From a candidate division WOR-3 bacterium (GTDB lineage: Bacteria; Hydrothermota; 32-111), in NCBI GenBank assembly GCA_037481815.1, contig JBBFKX010000003.1, forward strand, positions 1 to 64,000: a DNA stretch of 64,000 nt. Reading direction: 5' to 3'. The stretch's first letter is position 1; every line of letters starts with the position of its first letter. Under the pieces are notes generated by a model. The model searched no databases, was not told the DNA's origin, and saw nothing but the letters and a program-made list of their open reading frames with translations. Made by a program: the position numbers and the translations under genes. Of this stretch, positions 19,590-29,714 are shown in pieces.

Positions 19590-19929
19590 TATTGACAAAA
19601 TAAAAAAAGATTTTGAAAAATCTTTTGAAAAAAATGAAAAGCACGATTTCAAGATTGGAGACACAGTTGATGTATCGGTTAAGATAGAAGAGAGTGGAAA
19701 AACAAGAACACAAAAATTTAGAGGTATAGTTATAGCGAAAAGAGGCACATCTGTTGGTAAGACAATAACTGTAAGAAAAATTTCTGAAGGTATTGGTGTT
19801 GAAAGAATATTTCCTCTTAACTCCCCAAGTGTAACAGATATCAAGGTTGTTAAAAAGGGTGAAGTTAGAAGAGCGAAACTCAACTATATGAGGGGAAGAA
19901 CAGGAAAAGCTGCAACAAAAGTCGAATGA
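19576..19929 (+). CDS. rplS: 50S ribosomal protein L19
   Basis: [28 protein letters not shown]. Confidence 0.97.
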   Translation: MAKLNIDKIKKDFEKSFEKNEKHDFKIGDTVDVSVKIEESGKTRTQKFRGIVIAKRGTSVGKTITVRKISEGIGVERIFPLNSPSVTDIKVVKKGEVRRAKLNYMRGRTGKAATKVE

Positions 19930-20558
19930 AAAAAAATTTAAGAAATTTCGAGGAAAAATGGTGGCGGAAAAACCGCTACTTTGTGGCTGGTGTTGATGAG
20001 GCAGGACGAGGTCCAGTCGCAGGACCTGTTGTTTCGGCCGCTGTTATTTTTCCAGAAGATATTTTTATTGAAGGTATTGACGATTCAAAAGAACTCTCTC
20101 CTGAAGAAAGAGAAGAGATTTACCAGATAATAATGGATAAAGCACTTGCGATTGGAGTTGCTTATACGGATAATGTTGTGATAGATAAAATCAACATTTT
20201 ACAGGCAACATACCTTTCGATGAAACGCGCTATAGCAAAATTGAACATAGTCCCAGATGTTGTCCTTGTCGATGGATACCCTATCCCCGATCTTCTCTTA
20301 GAACAGGAATCGATAATAAAAGGTGATTCCAAATCGATCTCGATAGCAGCAGCATCTATTGTCGCAAAAGTCCATAGGGACAGGATTATGGAATTTTACG
20401 GTATGGAGTATCCTGAGTACGATTTTGAAACCAACAAAGGTTATGCAACACCAAAACATATCGATATAATAATCAAAAAAGGTCCCTGCGAAATTCACAG
20501 AAAAACATTCACACCGGTAAAAGAGATCATTAAAAAAGTTTTTGGTGATAAAATCTAA
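19926..20558 (+). CDS. rnhB: Ribonuclease HII
   Basis: [29 protein letters not shown]. Confidence 0.97.
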   Translation: MKKNLRNFEEKWWRKNRYFVAGVDEAGRGPVAGPVVSAAVIFPEDIFIEGIDDSKELSPEEREEIYQIIMDKALAIGVAYTDNVVIDKINILQATYLSMKRAIAKLNIVPDVVLVDGYPIPDLLLEQESIIKGDSKSISIAAASIVAKVHRDRIMEFYGMEYPEYDFETNKGYATPKHIDIIIKKGPCEIHRKTFTPVKEIIKKVFGDKI

Positions 20559-20934
20559 AAATATATCAAAGGGAAAAACAGGAGAACTCCTCGCTCTGAA
20601 ATATCTTAAAAGAAAAGGTTTCCAGATTCTCTATCAGAATTTTCGTTTCGGTAAATTTGGGGAAATAGATATTATCTGTAAAAAGGATGATACTCTTGTA
20701 TTCGTTGAAGTAAAATCAAGAGGAAATGTTGAAAAGGGTACTCCAAAAGAATCGATAACAGATTTTAAAAAGCAAAGGATCTTAAAAAGTGCAAATTTTT
20801 TTTTGATAAAACATCCTGAACTTTCAGATTTGAATTTAAGATTCGATTTTATAGGGATAAAAGTTAAAAAAAATCCTTTTAAAAGATTTGAAATAGAACA
20901 TATCGAAAATGTTTTTTCTTTTGACGAATTTTAA
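20542..20934 (+). CDS. yraN: YraN family (UPF0102) nuclease-like protein
   Basis: GEIDII, LVFVEVKSR, RFD, HIEN.F. Confidence 0.92.
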   Translation: MVIKSKNISKGKTGELLALKYLKRKGFQILYQNFRFGKFGEIDIICKKDDTLVFVEVKSRGNVEKGTPKESITDFKKQRILKSANFFLIKHPELSDLNLRFDFIGIKVKKNPFKRFEIEHIENVFSFDEF

Positions 20935-21362
20935 AGATTCTTCCGAAAAATCTCTTCAACCAATCTATGACATTCTTTGTTTTTATCTCTTGGCACATGT
21001 TCGATTCTAAAAGATTTCACCTTCGATAGAATCGATTTAACCTCTTCGTATATTTTTTTAAGTTCACCATCTTTGACTTTATAAACATTTAAAAGTTGTT
21101 TAACTACAAGTTCACTATCAGAAAATATTTCTATATCCAATTCTTCTAAAGAGAATCTTTTTGAAATATCTTTTAAAGCGTAAAGCAAACCCGACCATTC
21201 AGCACGATTGTTCGTTGAGTTTTCGAAAAATCCTCCACCGTTTATCTTTTTATCATCAAAACTTATCATGTATGCGTAAGCAGCAGGTCCAGGATTATTT
21301 TTACAACCACCATCAAAACTTATTACAATTTTCATCTTTTTTAAAAAGTATAATCCTCCCAC
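20931..21362 (-). CDS. Ribonuclease HI family protein
   Basis: FDGG...NPGP, TNNRAE, SDSELVVKQ, HVPR..N. True start is probably MKIVISFDG. Confidence 0.88.
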   Translation of the reverse strand: MGGLYFLKKMKIVISFDGGCKNNPGPAAYAYMISFDDKKINGGGFFENSTNNRAEWSGLLYALKDISKRFSLEELDIEIFSDSELVVKQLLNVYKVKDGELKKIYEEVKSILSKVKSFRIEHVPRDKNKECHRLVEEIFRKNL

Positions 21363-22035
21363 AGTTGATGCAGAATTCTATCTTTTTCATGGATTTCACT
21401 CTATCAAAAAGTTGTGCTGGTATAGAAGAATAACAACCAAGACAGTATGGTTCATTGATAAGAATGACAGCCCTCTTTTTTTTCTTTTCATATATTTTTT
21501 GATATTTTTTCTGATATTCTTCAGGTAAAGACGAAACCAGTTTTTCCCTTTCAACGTTAAGTTTTTCATTCTCTTCTTCGATATCCTTTATTATGTTGTT
21601 AATCTCCTCTATCTCTTTTTTTATCTTTTCCATCGTTGAATTTTCCTGCTCAAGTTTTTTTATCTCATTTTCAAGTTTTTCAATATCAGAAAGATTTTTT
21701 AAAATCCTGTCTTCGCTTTGAGAGATGATATCCTTTTTGTGTTTTATCCCTTCAGATATCATCATGTATTCATCATTTGATTTTACATTTGATAGATATT
21801 TTTTGTCCTCCTCTATCTTATCTCTAAGAACCAATACTTTTTGTTCTATCTCTTTGTTTTCCAGAACAAGTTTTTCCTTTTCCTTCTTAAGATTCTCTAT
21901 CTTTGAAATGATTGCATCGAGTTGTTCTTTCAATTCTTTTCTTTTAAAAGGTTTATCTCCCATTTTTATCCTGTTGTTTTCGATCCTCTCTTCAATCTGT
22001 CCTATCCTTTGAAATATTTCATAAACATCTTCCAT
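21313..22035 (-). CDS. Coiled-coil C4 zinc-ribbon protein (CT398/DUF164-like)
   Basis: Long coiled coil followed by CLGC...CINCGRI; GGAGG SD precedes the ATGs at 22038 and 22035. Confidence 0.85.
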   Translation of the reverse strand: MEDVYEIFQRIGQIEERIENNRIKMGDKPFKRKELKEQLDAIISKIENLKKEKEKLVLENKEIEQKVLVLRDKIEEDKKYLSNVKSNDEYMMISEGIKHKKDIISQSEDRILKNLSDIEKLENEIKKLEQENSTMEKIKKEIEEINNIIKDIEEENEKLNVEREKLVSSLPEEYQKKYQKIYEKKKKRAVILINEPYCLGCYSSIPAQLFDRVKSMKKIEFCINCGRIILFKKDENCNKF

Positions 22036-22047
22036 CATAACCTCCAT

Positions 22048-22080
22048 AAAAAAGGGAGTGTTTTTAAACACTCCCTTTTA
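22048..22080 (-). terminator. Intrinsic terminator, potentially bidirectional
   Basis: AAAAGGGAGTGTT...AACACTCCCTTTTTT hairpin with a U-run. Confidence 0.8.
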
Positions 22081-22176
22081 AATTTTATCGTTTCAAGATA
22101 TATATTCTTATCACTCACGACTCTTTCCTTGTTTATTTTTTTCATTTTTTTTCATACATACCTCTTTGCTTTAATC

Positions 22177-22250
22177 TGGGCGAAACAGGAGTCGAACCTG
22201 TGATCTCCGGTATGTGAGACCGGCGCTCTAACCAACTGAGCCATTCGCCC
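22177..22250 (-). tRNA. tRNA-Val(CAC)
   Basis: GGGCGAA/TTCGCCC acceptor stem, CCGGT-CTCACAT-ACCGG anticodon arm, GGTTCGACT T-loop; CCA not encoded. Confidence 0.96.
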
Positions 22251-22259
22251 CGAAAATAA

Positions 22260-22287
22260 ATTATAATTTTTTGAATATTAAAGTCAA
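22260..22287 (-). promoter_or_regulatory. tRNA-Val promoter
   Basis: TTGACT-16 nt-TATAAT. Confidence 0.7.
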
Positions 22288-22305
22288 GTAATTTATAGAA
22301 TAATG

Positions 22306-22334
22306 TTGACTTTTAAAATTTTTACAGGTAAAAT
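22306..22334 (+). promoter_or_regulatory. Promoter of the lipoprotein gene, divergent from tRNA-Val
   Basis: TTGACT-17 nt-TAAAAT, then AAGGAGG SD. Confidence 0.65.
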
Positions 22335-22352
22335 TTTTAAAAAGGAGGAACC

Positions 22353-23396
22353 ATGATAAAAAAGATTCTATTTTTCTTTCTTGTAATCTCACTCATTTTA
22401 ACTTCCTGTTTCCTTTTACCACAAAAGGTGAGTGTAGATGATACAAAAACATTTTTAAACGATTTTGAAAACTCAATTAACGATCCAACATCTCAATACA
22501 ACGGAGAAAATACAACTTTAAGTATGGCCGCTGCAAACGACTTTTTCAACAAAGGTGGAACATCAAAAGGAACATTCCTGTTTCCATCGATCTCGTTCAG
22601 AAATCCTTTCAGACCTGATGTAAAAGGTGTTCAACTTTTGTTTGATACTGTATATGGAACATATCAATACGATACATTGATAGATCCCTGGGGATATGAA
22701 TATTATGATTTTGTTCTCGTTGATAATTCATACCCTGCAAACGGATACCTTTTCAAGTGGATCTTTACAGATTCACTCGGAACAAATTACAATATGGGAT
22801 TTTTGTTCGATTCTTTACAGTACTATTCAGGTGATCCTTATGAACAGACACCAACAAAAATGTATGTCGAAATTTCAGCGAATAGCAGCAGATTGATGTG
22901 GATGAGGATGAACGCGCAGTACACAACGATTTCAGGTTATGATTACGATGAGTATCAACCAACAGATTTACAGACACATTTTGAGATAACAAACGAGGTT
23001 GCATTTGAACTTGATTATGTCGGACATGAGAGTGGAGATACAACTGTTATTATCGATTCTTTAAGAGCAAAGGTAGAGGATTTTGTTAACGATGACTGGA
23101 ACGAATATACTGTAAAGATGAACAGTGATGAAACAACAGATTTTACAATGGAAAACAAAGAGGGATGGTTCCTTGCAATAAACGCTGAAAAACCTGTTGA
23201 AGTTGATACTATTTACACAAAAACAGATTATACAGGTGAATTGCAATTTAAAGGAACACACGCTGCAGATCTTGAAGGATATATCTGGAATCCAGAGGAT
23301 GTTAACCACCTTTCGATTATGATTGCAACTTATCCTGATGGTTCACAAGATACAATAATTTTGAATCCACCGGTACCACAACAAACAAAAAAATAA
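22353..23396 (+). CDS. Hypothetical acidic, beta-rich lipoprotein
   Basis: Lipobox LTSC, strong SD, own promoter and terminator. Confidence 0.75.
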   Translation: MIKKILFFFLVISLILTSCFLLPQKVSVDDTKTFLNDFENSINDPTSQYNGENTTLSMAAANDFFNKGGTSKGTFLFPSISFRNPFRPDVKGVQLLFDTVYGTYQYDTLIDPWGYEYYDFVLVDNSYPANGYLFKWIFTDSLGTNYNMGFLFDSLQYYSGDPYEQTPTKMYVEISANSSRLMWMRMNAQYTTISGYDYDEYQPTDLQTHFEITNEVAFELDYVGHESGDTTVIIDSLRAKVEDFVNDDWNEYTVKMNSDETTDFTMENKEGWFLAINAEKPVEVDTIYTKTDYTGELQFKGTHAADLEGYIWNPEDVNHLSIMIATYPDGSQDTIILNPPVPQQTKK

Positions 23397-23411
23397 ATTT
23401 CTATAATTTCA

Positions 23412-23439
23412 AAGGGGAGTTTTTGCTCCCCTTACTTTT
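23412..23439 (+). terminator. Probable intrinsic terminator
   Basis: AAGGGGAG-TTTTTG-CTCCCCTT followed by ACTTTT. Confidence 0.6.
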
Positions 23440-26400
23440 ATGAGGAATTTAATACCTTCTTTTATAATAGACAGATTGAATTCAAACCTTACAAAAGGTA
23501 ATTTTTTTGGTTATGTTGTAAGTGGAGATATAGAAAATTTTACTCCAATGGTAGAAAATCTGATGGAAAAAGACAAAGAGGGAGCCGAAATACTTGGAAA
23601 CATTTTGAACAGAACTCTTGGTAATGTGACTGATGTTATCTATAAAAATAATGGTTTCATAACATCGTTTTCAGGAGATGCGTTCACTGCAATATTTTCA
23701 GATGAAAAATCGTTTGTAAATGTACTTCAGGTTTCAAAACAGATACTTGATATTTTTTCAAACCTCAACAGAAAAGGTGGAGTGAAACTAAACATAAGGT
23801 TGGGCATTTCTTCAGGCAATATTGAGTGGGGAATATTTAACAATGAAAGATCAATATATTATTTCAGAGGCTGTGGTATAAACTCAGCGATAAGAATCCA
23901 GCATGGCAACGAATCATCTGTCATCAAAGTTGATAAAAATCTTATTGAAAAAATAGATAAAAATTTTATAAAAGAAATCAGAGATGAATATTTTATAGTT
24001 GATGATCAAAAACTTGAACAATCTAAGAACTTGAATGAAAAAGTTGAAATCATTCCATTTAAAAGTTTAAATTCAAAATTTTTTCCTGAAATCATCTCCG
24101 ATCTAAAAATCGAAGGAGAGTTCAGAAAAGTCATTCCAGTATTTATAAATTTTCCATTTGATCTTTCAAATGAAAAACTTGATCTTTTTTTAAAAATACT
24201 AGATGAAAACTCAAAGAATTATAATGCATACTTAAACAAAGTTGAATTCGGTGATAAAGGTGGAATGGCACTTCTTATTTTTGGAGCGCCTTACACTCAG
24301 GAAGATATGGTAGAAAGAGCAATACTTTGTTCAACGGGTATATTCAATCAATTAAATGAAAAAGGGATAAAAGTATCAATCGGACTTGACTATGGAACAA
24401 CATATTCTGGATTCATCGGAAGTGCTTTCTGGAAAGAGTATACTGTAATAGGAGATATTGTTAACACATCTGCAAGAATCGCAACTTTGAATAAATTCAG
24501 TGTTATGGTCTCCGAAAGGTTAGCATGTGAAACAAAAAGAGTTGAATTTTCTGATGAAACAGAGATTTCTCTCAAAGGAAAAGAAAAAAAGATAAAAGTT
24601 TTAACAGTTAAAAATATAACACAGAAAAAAAATTTTGATTTTATCTCACCTTTTATTGAAAGGAAATATGTAACCGAAAAACTTGAAAAATTTTTAAAAA
24701 ATATTGATCAGAAAAGAATCGCTGGAATAGTTAACATATCTGGTGAAAGCGGAACAGGAAAAACAAGGATTTCTTTTGAACTATTTTCAAAACTCGGATA
24801 TGAACCATTTTACACAACTGCTGACCCTATAATAAAAGAACCGATGATGGCAATAAAAAATCTTTTTGCGAACATAATCGGGATAAACACATTTGATAAG
24901 GAAACTAGAAGAAAAGAGATTTTAAAAAAATTTTCTCAGGATTTTGAAAAATTTTATGAAATCGAAGATGAGAGATTGTACTCTTTTCTACTCTACTTTT
25001 TCAACCATGAAGAAACATATCTTATAAAAAATCTTCCAGCAAGAGAAAAATTGGAAGGAACATTCTTTACTCTAAAAAACATTCTTTTTAAAAATATTAA
25101 AGATAAAAAGGTTGCATTGATCTTTGATGACTTCATGTGGGCTGATCAGGAGACCGTTGACTTTATCAACTATCTTTTGAGGGATCAGTATGAATTCAAA
25201 GGAGTTCCATTCGTTTTTCTTTACAGAGAAGAAAACGAAAATATAAAAGGTTTAAAAAAATTAGGATGTGAATCTATCATCATAAAACTTGAGAATTTTA
25301 ACTTTGAAAATGTCAAAACATTTCTTCAGAACTTTTTTAAAAGTGAGATCTCAAAAGAACTTTTGAATACTCTATGGCAAAAAAGTGAAGGTAACCCCCT
25401 ATTCCTTGAACAACTTTCCGTTCACCTTGTGAACAATGGATTATTGATAAACAAAGATGGTGTGATTAGTTTAAAGGAAACAGAATATGAAATACCTTCA
25501 AATATCGATAGATTGATAGTGTCTCGACTCGATTCGCTTTCAGCGATCACAAGGGATGGAGTCCAGAAAGCATCAATCATTGGAAAAGAGTTTGAAATCC
25601 TTTTGCTTTCATTTTTGGTAGAAAAAAAGGATCTAAACAAAATTCTTTCCGAAGCTGAAAAAAATAAAATAATTACGATCATTTCTGAGAAAACTGCACT
25701 TTTCAGGCACATTCTTTTATACGAGATAACTTACAAGATGCAGTTTAAGAAGGTGGTAGAAAAATTACATCGAAAAATCGGTGAACTTTACGAAACACTT
25801 TTTAAGGAAAATCTGATAGACTACTATGAGACACTCTATTATCATTTCTCCAAGGCAAATGTGAAAAACAAAGCGATATTCTATTTAAAAAAATCGATTG
25901 AAAAGGATATATCATCTTTTTCAAATGAGAATGCTATAAAACTGATAGATCAATATCTACAATATAGAATAAAAAAAGATGAAAGGATCCTCTTTACCAT
26001 AAAAAAAGCTGAAATATTGTCACATATCGGTAAATACAAAGATTCAATAAAAGAGTATAAAAAAATTTTAAAAGAAAAAAAACTTAAATCAAAAACGAAA
26101 GCAATCGTTTTAAAAGGAATCGGAAATTCCTTCTGGGCGATGGGGGACTATAAAAAAGCATTGTCCGAATATAAGAAAAGTTTAAAGATTGTTAACGCTT
26201 TAAAAGATAACAAAGAGATAGCGGATATATATGAAAAGATAGGGATAGTTTATTACAATAGAGGTGACTATTCAAAATCAAAAGAAATGTTCAATATCGC
26301 GTTAAGATACGCGAAAAAGGATATAGAAAAAAGATTTTCAATCTATTCGAATCTTGGACTTTTACTCTATAGACAGGGGAATTATGAAAAGGCGATGGAG

Positions 26401-27108
26401 TACTATACAAGATCGCTCGATTTCGCAAAGAAAAATAACAATCTTTCAGACCAGGCATTATTCCACCTCAGAATAGGACTTATCCATTATGAAAAACAGG
26501 AATATGATAGGGCGTTAAAAAATTATTTCACATCTCTTGATCTCAACAGAAAAACTGGTAACAGAAGGAATGAGGGAGTCACTTTAGGAAACATTGGAAC
26601 AGTTTACAATGAAATGGGTGAAACAGATAAAGCACTCGATTATCTTTTTAAAGCATTACAGATAGACAAAGAGATAAACAATCTTGAAAATGAATCAATA
26701 ATTTTGGGTAACATAGCAAACATTTATGGATCAAAAGAGGATTGGGAATCATCTCTTAAATACTATAGGGAAGCACTTGAGGTTGACCGAAAAATAGGCA
26801 GCAAGTGGTCTGAAGCGATAGATCTTGGAAACATCGGACAACTTTTTAAACTGCAAAAGAAATACAAAGAAGCTGATGAACATTTTAAAAAATGTATAAA
26901 AATAATAAGAGAGATGAATGCGAGATATCCGTTAAGCCATTTTTTGTATCATCGTTCACTACTTTTATACGAGATGAAAAACTTTAAACTATCTTTAAAA
27001 TTTTCAAAAGAGTCACTGAAAATAGCAAAAGAATTGAAAAAAGAGAACCTGATCAAAAGTTGTGAAGATCTTTTAAAGAAACTGGAGGAAAAGAATGTTA
27101 AAGTGTAA
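23440..27108 (+). CDS. Adenylate/guanylate cyclase (two class III domains) + STAND AAA ATPase + TPR repeats
   Basis: GDIENFT and SGDAF; GDKG, FGAP, EYTVIGDIVNTSAR; Walker A GESGTGKT; Walker B LIFDD..WAD; GNPLF; FRH.L; many TPR repeats. Confidence 0.9.
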   Translation: MRNLIPSFIIDRLNSNLTKGNFFGYVVSGDIENFTPMVENLMEKDKEGAEILGNILNRTLGNVTDVIYKNNGFITSFSGDAFTAIFSDEKSFVNVLQVSKQILDIFSNLNRKGGVKLNIRLGISSGNIEWGIFNNERSIYYFRGCGINSAIRIQHGNESSVIKVDKNLIEKIDKNFIKEIRDEYFIVDDQKLEQSKNLNEKVEIIPFKSLNSKFFPEIISDLKIEGEFRKVIPVFINFPFDLSNEKLDLFLKILDENSKNYNAYLNKVEFGDKGGMALLIFGAPYTQEDMVERAILCSTGIFNQLNEKGIKVSIGLDYGTTYSGFIGSAFWKEYTVIGDIVNTSARIATLNKFSVMVSERLACETKRVEFSDETEISLKGKEKKIKVLTVKNITQKKNFDFISPFIERKYVTEKLEKFLKNIDQKRIAGIVNISGESGTGKTRISFELFSKLGYEPFYTTADPIIKEPMMAIKNLFANIIGINTFDKETRRKEILKKFSQDFEKFYEIEDERLYSFLLYFFNHEETYLIKNLPAREKLEGTFFTLKNILFKNIKDKKVALIFDDFMWADQETVDFINYLLRDQYEFKGVPFVFLYREENENIKGLKKLGCESIIIKLENFNFENVKTFLQNFFKSEISKELLNTLWQKSEGNPLFLEQLSVHLVNNGLLINKDGVISLKETEYEIPSNIDRLIVSRLDSLSAITRDGVQKASIIGKEFEILLLSFLVEKKDLNKILSEAEKNKIITIISEKTALFRHILLYEITYKMQFKKVVEKLHRKIGELYETLFKENLIDYYETLYYHFSKANVKNKAIFYLKKSIEKDISSFSNENAIKLIDQYLQYRIKKDERILFTIKKAEILSHIGKYKDSIKEYKKILKEKKLKSKTKAIVLKGIGNSFWAMGDYKKALSEYKKSLKIVNALKDNKEIADIYEKIGIVYYNRGDYSKSKEMFNIALRYAKKDIEKRFSIYSNLGLLLYRQGNYEKAMEYYTRSLDFAKKNNNLSDQALFHLRIGLIHYEKQEYDRALKNYFTSLDLNRKTGNRRNEGVTLGNIGTVYNEMGETDKALDYLFKALQIDKEINNLENESIILGNIANIYGSKEDWESSLKYYREALEVDRKIGSKWSEAIDLGNIGQLFKLQKKYKEADEHFKKCIKIIREMNARYPLSHFLYHRSLLLYEMKNFKLSLKFSKESLKIAKELKKENLIKSCEDLLKKLEEKNVKV

Positions 27109-27286
27109 CAACACCAACGAATGTTTGTGCACTTATCCTGGTTGTCCAAGACATGGAAAATGTTGTGAATGTGTTGCATACCACAGACAACACAATGAGT
27201 TTCCGGGTTGTTTTTTTTCCAAAGAGGGTGAAAAGAGTTATGATAGATCTTTTGAAAATCTTATAAAAGATAGAAGGAATAAATAA
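27095..27286 (+). CDS. Small Cys-rich protein (DUF6485-like)
   Basis: C.C....CPRHGKCCECVAYH.....PGCFF; GGAGG SD. Confidence 0.75.
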   Translation: MLKCNNTNECLCTYPGCPRHGKCCECVAYHRQHNEFPGCFFSKEGEKSYDRSFENLIKDRRNK

Positions 27287-27331
27287 ACATCTTGTCTTTT
27301 TAAATATTGATAATATAATAATATTTTTGAT

Positions 27332-27404
27332 GGGCCAGTGGCTCAGTTGGGAGAGCGCATCCTTCGCAAGGATGAGGTCGGCGGTTCGACTCCGCTCTGG
27401 TCCA
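27332..27404 (+). tRNA. tRNA-Ala(CGC)
   Basis: GGGCCAG/CTGGTCC acceptor stem with G3:U70, CATCC-TTCGCAA-GGATG anticodon arm, GGTTCGACT; CCA not encoded. Confidence 0.96.
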
Positions 27405-27422
27405 TTTTAAAAAAGGAGAACG

Positions 27423-28511
27423 ATGATCAAAAGGATTGGAATTTTAACCGGTGGTGGTGATTGTCCCGGCTTAAATGCTGTTATCAGAGCAGCAGTGAAA
27501 TCAGCTATTCTGCATTATGGATGGGAAGTGCTTGGAATAATCGATGGATTTGATGGTTTGATAATACCTGACAAAATTTTTAAAATGGATTTAAACACGA
27601 TAAAAGGTATACTCCCCAAAGGTGGAACAATACTTGGAACATCTAACAGAGGAAACCCTTTCAAATATCCTGTAAGAAAGAATGGTGAAATAGTAACAGA
27701 GGACAAATCTGATGAAATTTTAAAAAACATTTTGAAATTTGGAATAGATGGATTGATCGTTATAGGTGGAGATGGAACTTTAAATATTGCATATCAACTT
27801 TACAAAAAAGGTGCTAACATCGTTGGGGTGCCAAAAACTATTGATAACGATCTTGCAAAGACCGATTACACTTTTGGTTTTTTCACGGCTGTAAACACAG
27901 CGACTGATGCCATAGATAAATTACATACAACAGCAGAATCACATCATAGAATCATGATCGTTGAAGTTATGGGAAGGGATGCAGGATGGATAGCTTTAAA
28001 TTCAGGGATAGCCGGTGGTGCAGATATAATACTTATCCCAGAAATTCCTTTCAGTATCGACAGAATCATCGAAAAAATAAATGAGAGAAACTCAAGAGGT
28101 TCGCACTTTTCCATCATAGTCGTTGCAGAAGGTGCTTATGAAAAAGGAAAGGACAAACATTATATAGAAAAAGCAAAAAATGAAGGTACACTACCAAGAT
28201 ATGGTGGAATAAGTAACTATATCGCATCCATTTTAAGTGAAAAAACTGATATGGAAGTTAGAACAACAATTTTAGGGCATATCCAGAGAGGTGGATCTCC
28301 CACAGCGTATGATAGAATATTATCTTCAAGATTCGGAGTTGAGGTTTGCGATCTTATAGCACAGAAAAAGTTTGGATATATGGTTAGTCTGGTTGGAACA
28401 GAGATAGTTTCAAGGCCTATCGAAGAGAGTATAAGTAAACAGAAACTCGTTGACCCCTATGGGCAACTCGTTGAAACAGCAAGACGGTTACAGATTTCTT
28501 TGGGGGACTGA
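27423..28511 (+). CDS. pfkA: 6-phosphofructokinase (GGDG/PKTIDND type, probably ATP-dependent)
   Basis: TGGGDCPGLN, GGDGT, PKTIDND, EVMGR, LGHIQRGG. Confidence 0.93.
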   Translation: MIKRIGILTGGGDCPGLNAVIRAAVKSAILHYGWEVLGIIDGFDGLIIPDKIFKMDLNTIKGILPKGGTILGTSNRGNPFKYPVRKNGEIVTEDKSDEILKNILKFGIDGLIVIGGDGTLNIAYQLYKKGANIVGVPKTIDNDLAKTDYTFGFFTAVNTATDAIDKLHTTAESHHRIMIVEVMGRDAGWIALNSGIAGGADIILIPEIPFSIDRIIEKINERNSRGSHFSIIVVAEGAYEKGKDKHYIEKAKNEGTLPRYGGISNYIASILSEKTDMEVRTTILGHIQRGGSPTAYDRILSSRFGVEVCDLIAQKKFGYMVSLVGTEIVSRPIEESISKQKLVDPYGQLVETARRLQISLGD

Positions 28512-28515
28512 TCAG

Positions 28516-29706
28516 ATGAGAGTTTTAATAGTTACTCCTTTTCCATTGGTAGCTTCTCAGAGTGGAATATATTCAAAAGATATAGCCACATACCTTATAA
28601 ATCAAGGTGATGAAGTTCTGGTTGTAAATTTTGACAATGAGGAAACGACTTATAACGAACAATTTAAAATCACAACCTTGTTTTTTGGAAATAACAGGAT
28701 ACCCTTTAAATTCCCCTGTTTTACAACACATCCACACACTGACAAAAATTTTTATCAGATGACTTTACAGGAAATCGAAATTTACGAAAAATATTTAAAC
28801 ATCGCATTATCAAAAATAATAGAATATTTCAATCCCGATATAATCCACTCTCAATACCTCTGGATAAACACAAAAATTCTTGGAGAGATCAAAAAGGATA
28901 TTCCTCTTGTTTCAACAAGTTTTGGAAACGAAATACAGGTATCCTCAGAAGATATCAGATATGAAGGATACGTTAACAAAGCTGTTGAGTACTCAAGATT
29001 CATAGTTGCGCCATCAAAACAGATAGAGTTATTGCTGAGAGAAAAATTTAAACTCGATGCTGTAAAATTAAAATTGATATATAAAGGATATGATGATGAT
29101 CAGTTCAAATTCATTGATGACAATTTTGAAACCTACAGAGAATATTTTGGAATAAGTGATGAGATAAAATATATTGTACTCTTTCCTGAGAGTTTAAACT
29201 ATATGAAGGGAGCTGATATTTCGATCGGATGTGCAAAAAAAATTCTGGAAATAAGAAAAGACATTTGTTTTATTTTTACGGGCAAAGGTGACTTTAAAAA
29301 AGAGGTAGAGGATCTTGTAAAAACCGATCACAAACATTTTCTTTATTTTCCTGATCTAACATATGAAGAAAGACCAACTGTATTCCATATTGCTGATCTC
29401 GTTGTACTACCTCTAAGATTTGAACAGTTTGGAACAGTTGCTCTACAATCCTTTGCGATGGGAACTCCTGTTTTATCTTCCGATGTTGGTGAACTCCAAT
29501 TTTTTGTTAACAGCGAAAACGGAAAAGTTTTAAGAGAGATAAACATTGAAAACTTTTACAAAGGTATCATAGAAATGGTTGAAAAAAATTTTAAAAAGAA
29601 ATGTTCCCTTTTCTGTCATCAGTATGCTTTCAGAAACTTTTCAAAAAATTCTGGACTCGCTCTATTAAAAAAACTTTACGAGTATGCTCTTACTGAAAAA
29701 TATTAG
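28516..29706 (+). CDS. Glycosyltransferase family 4 (GT-B)
   Basis: MRVLIV start, FPCFTTHP, PDIIH, KG.D, EQFGTVALQSFAMGTPV..DVG. Confidence 0.8.
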   Translation: MRVLIVTPFPLVASQSGIYSKDIATYLINQGDEVLVVNFDNEETTYNEQFKITTLFFGNNRIPFKFPCFTTHPHTDKNFYQMTLQEIEIYEKYLNIALSKIIEYFNPDIIHSQYLWINTKILGEIKKDIPLVSTSFGNEIQVSSEDIRYEGYVNKAVEYSRFIVAPSKQIELLLREKFKLDAVKLKLIYKGYDDDQFKFIDDNFETYREYFGISDEIKYIVLFPESLNYMKGADISIGCAKKILEIRKDICFIFTGKGDFKKEVEDLVKTDHKHFLYFPDLTYEERPTVFHIADLVVLPLRFEQFGTVALQSFAMGTPVLSSDVGELQFFVNSENGKVLREINIENFYKGIIEMVEKNFKKKCSLFCHQYAFRNFSKNSGLALLKKLYEYALTEKY

Positions 29707-29714
29707 GAGGCAGG

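Noticed and set aside
22177..27404. Possible genomic island between two tRNAs
   Set aside because: No integrase and no duplicated tRNA 3' end; both tRNA 3' ends point away from the segment; composition is close to the backbone.
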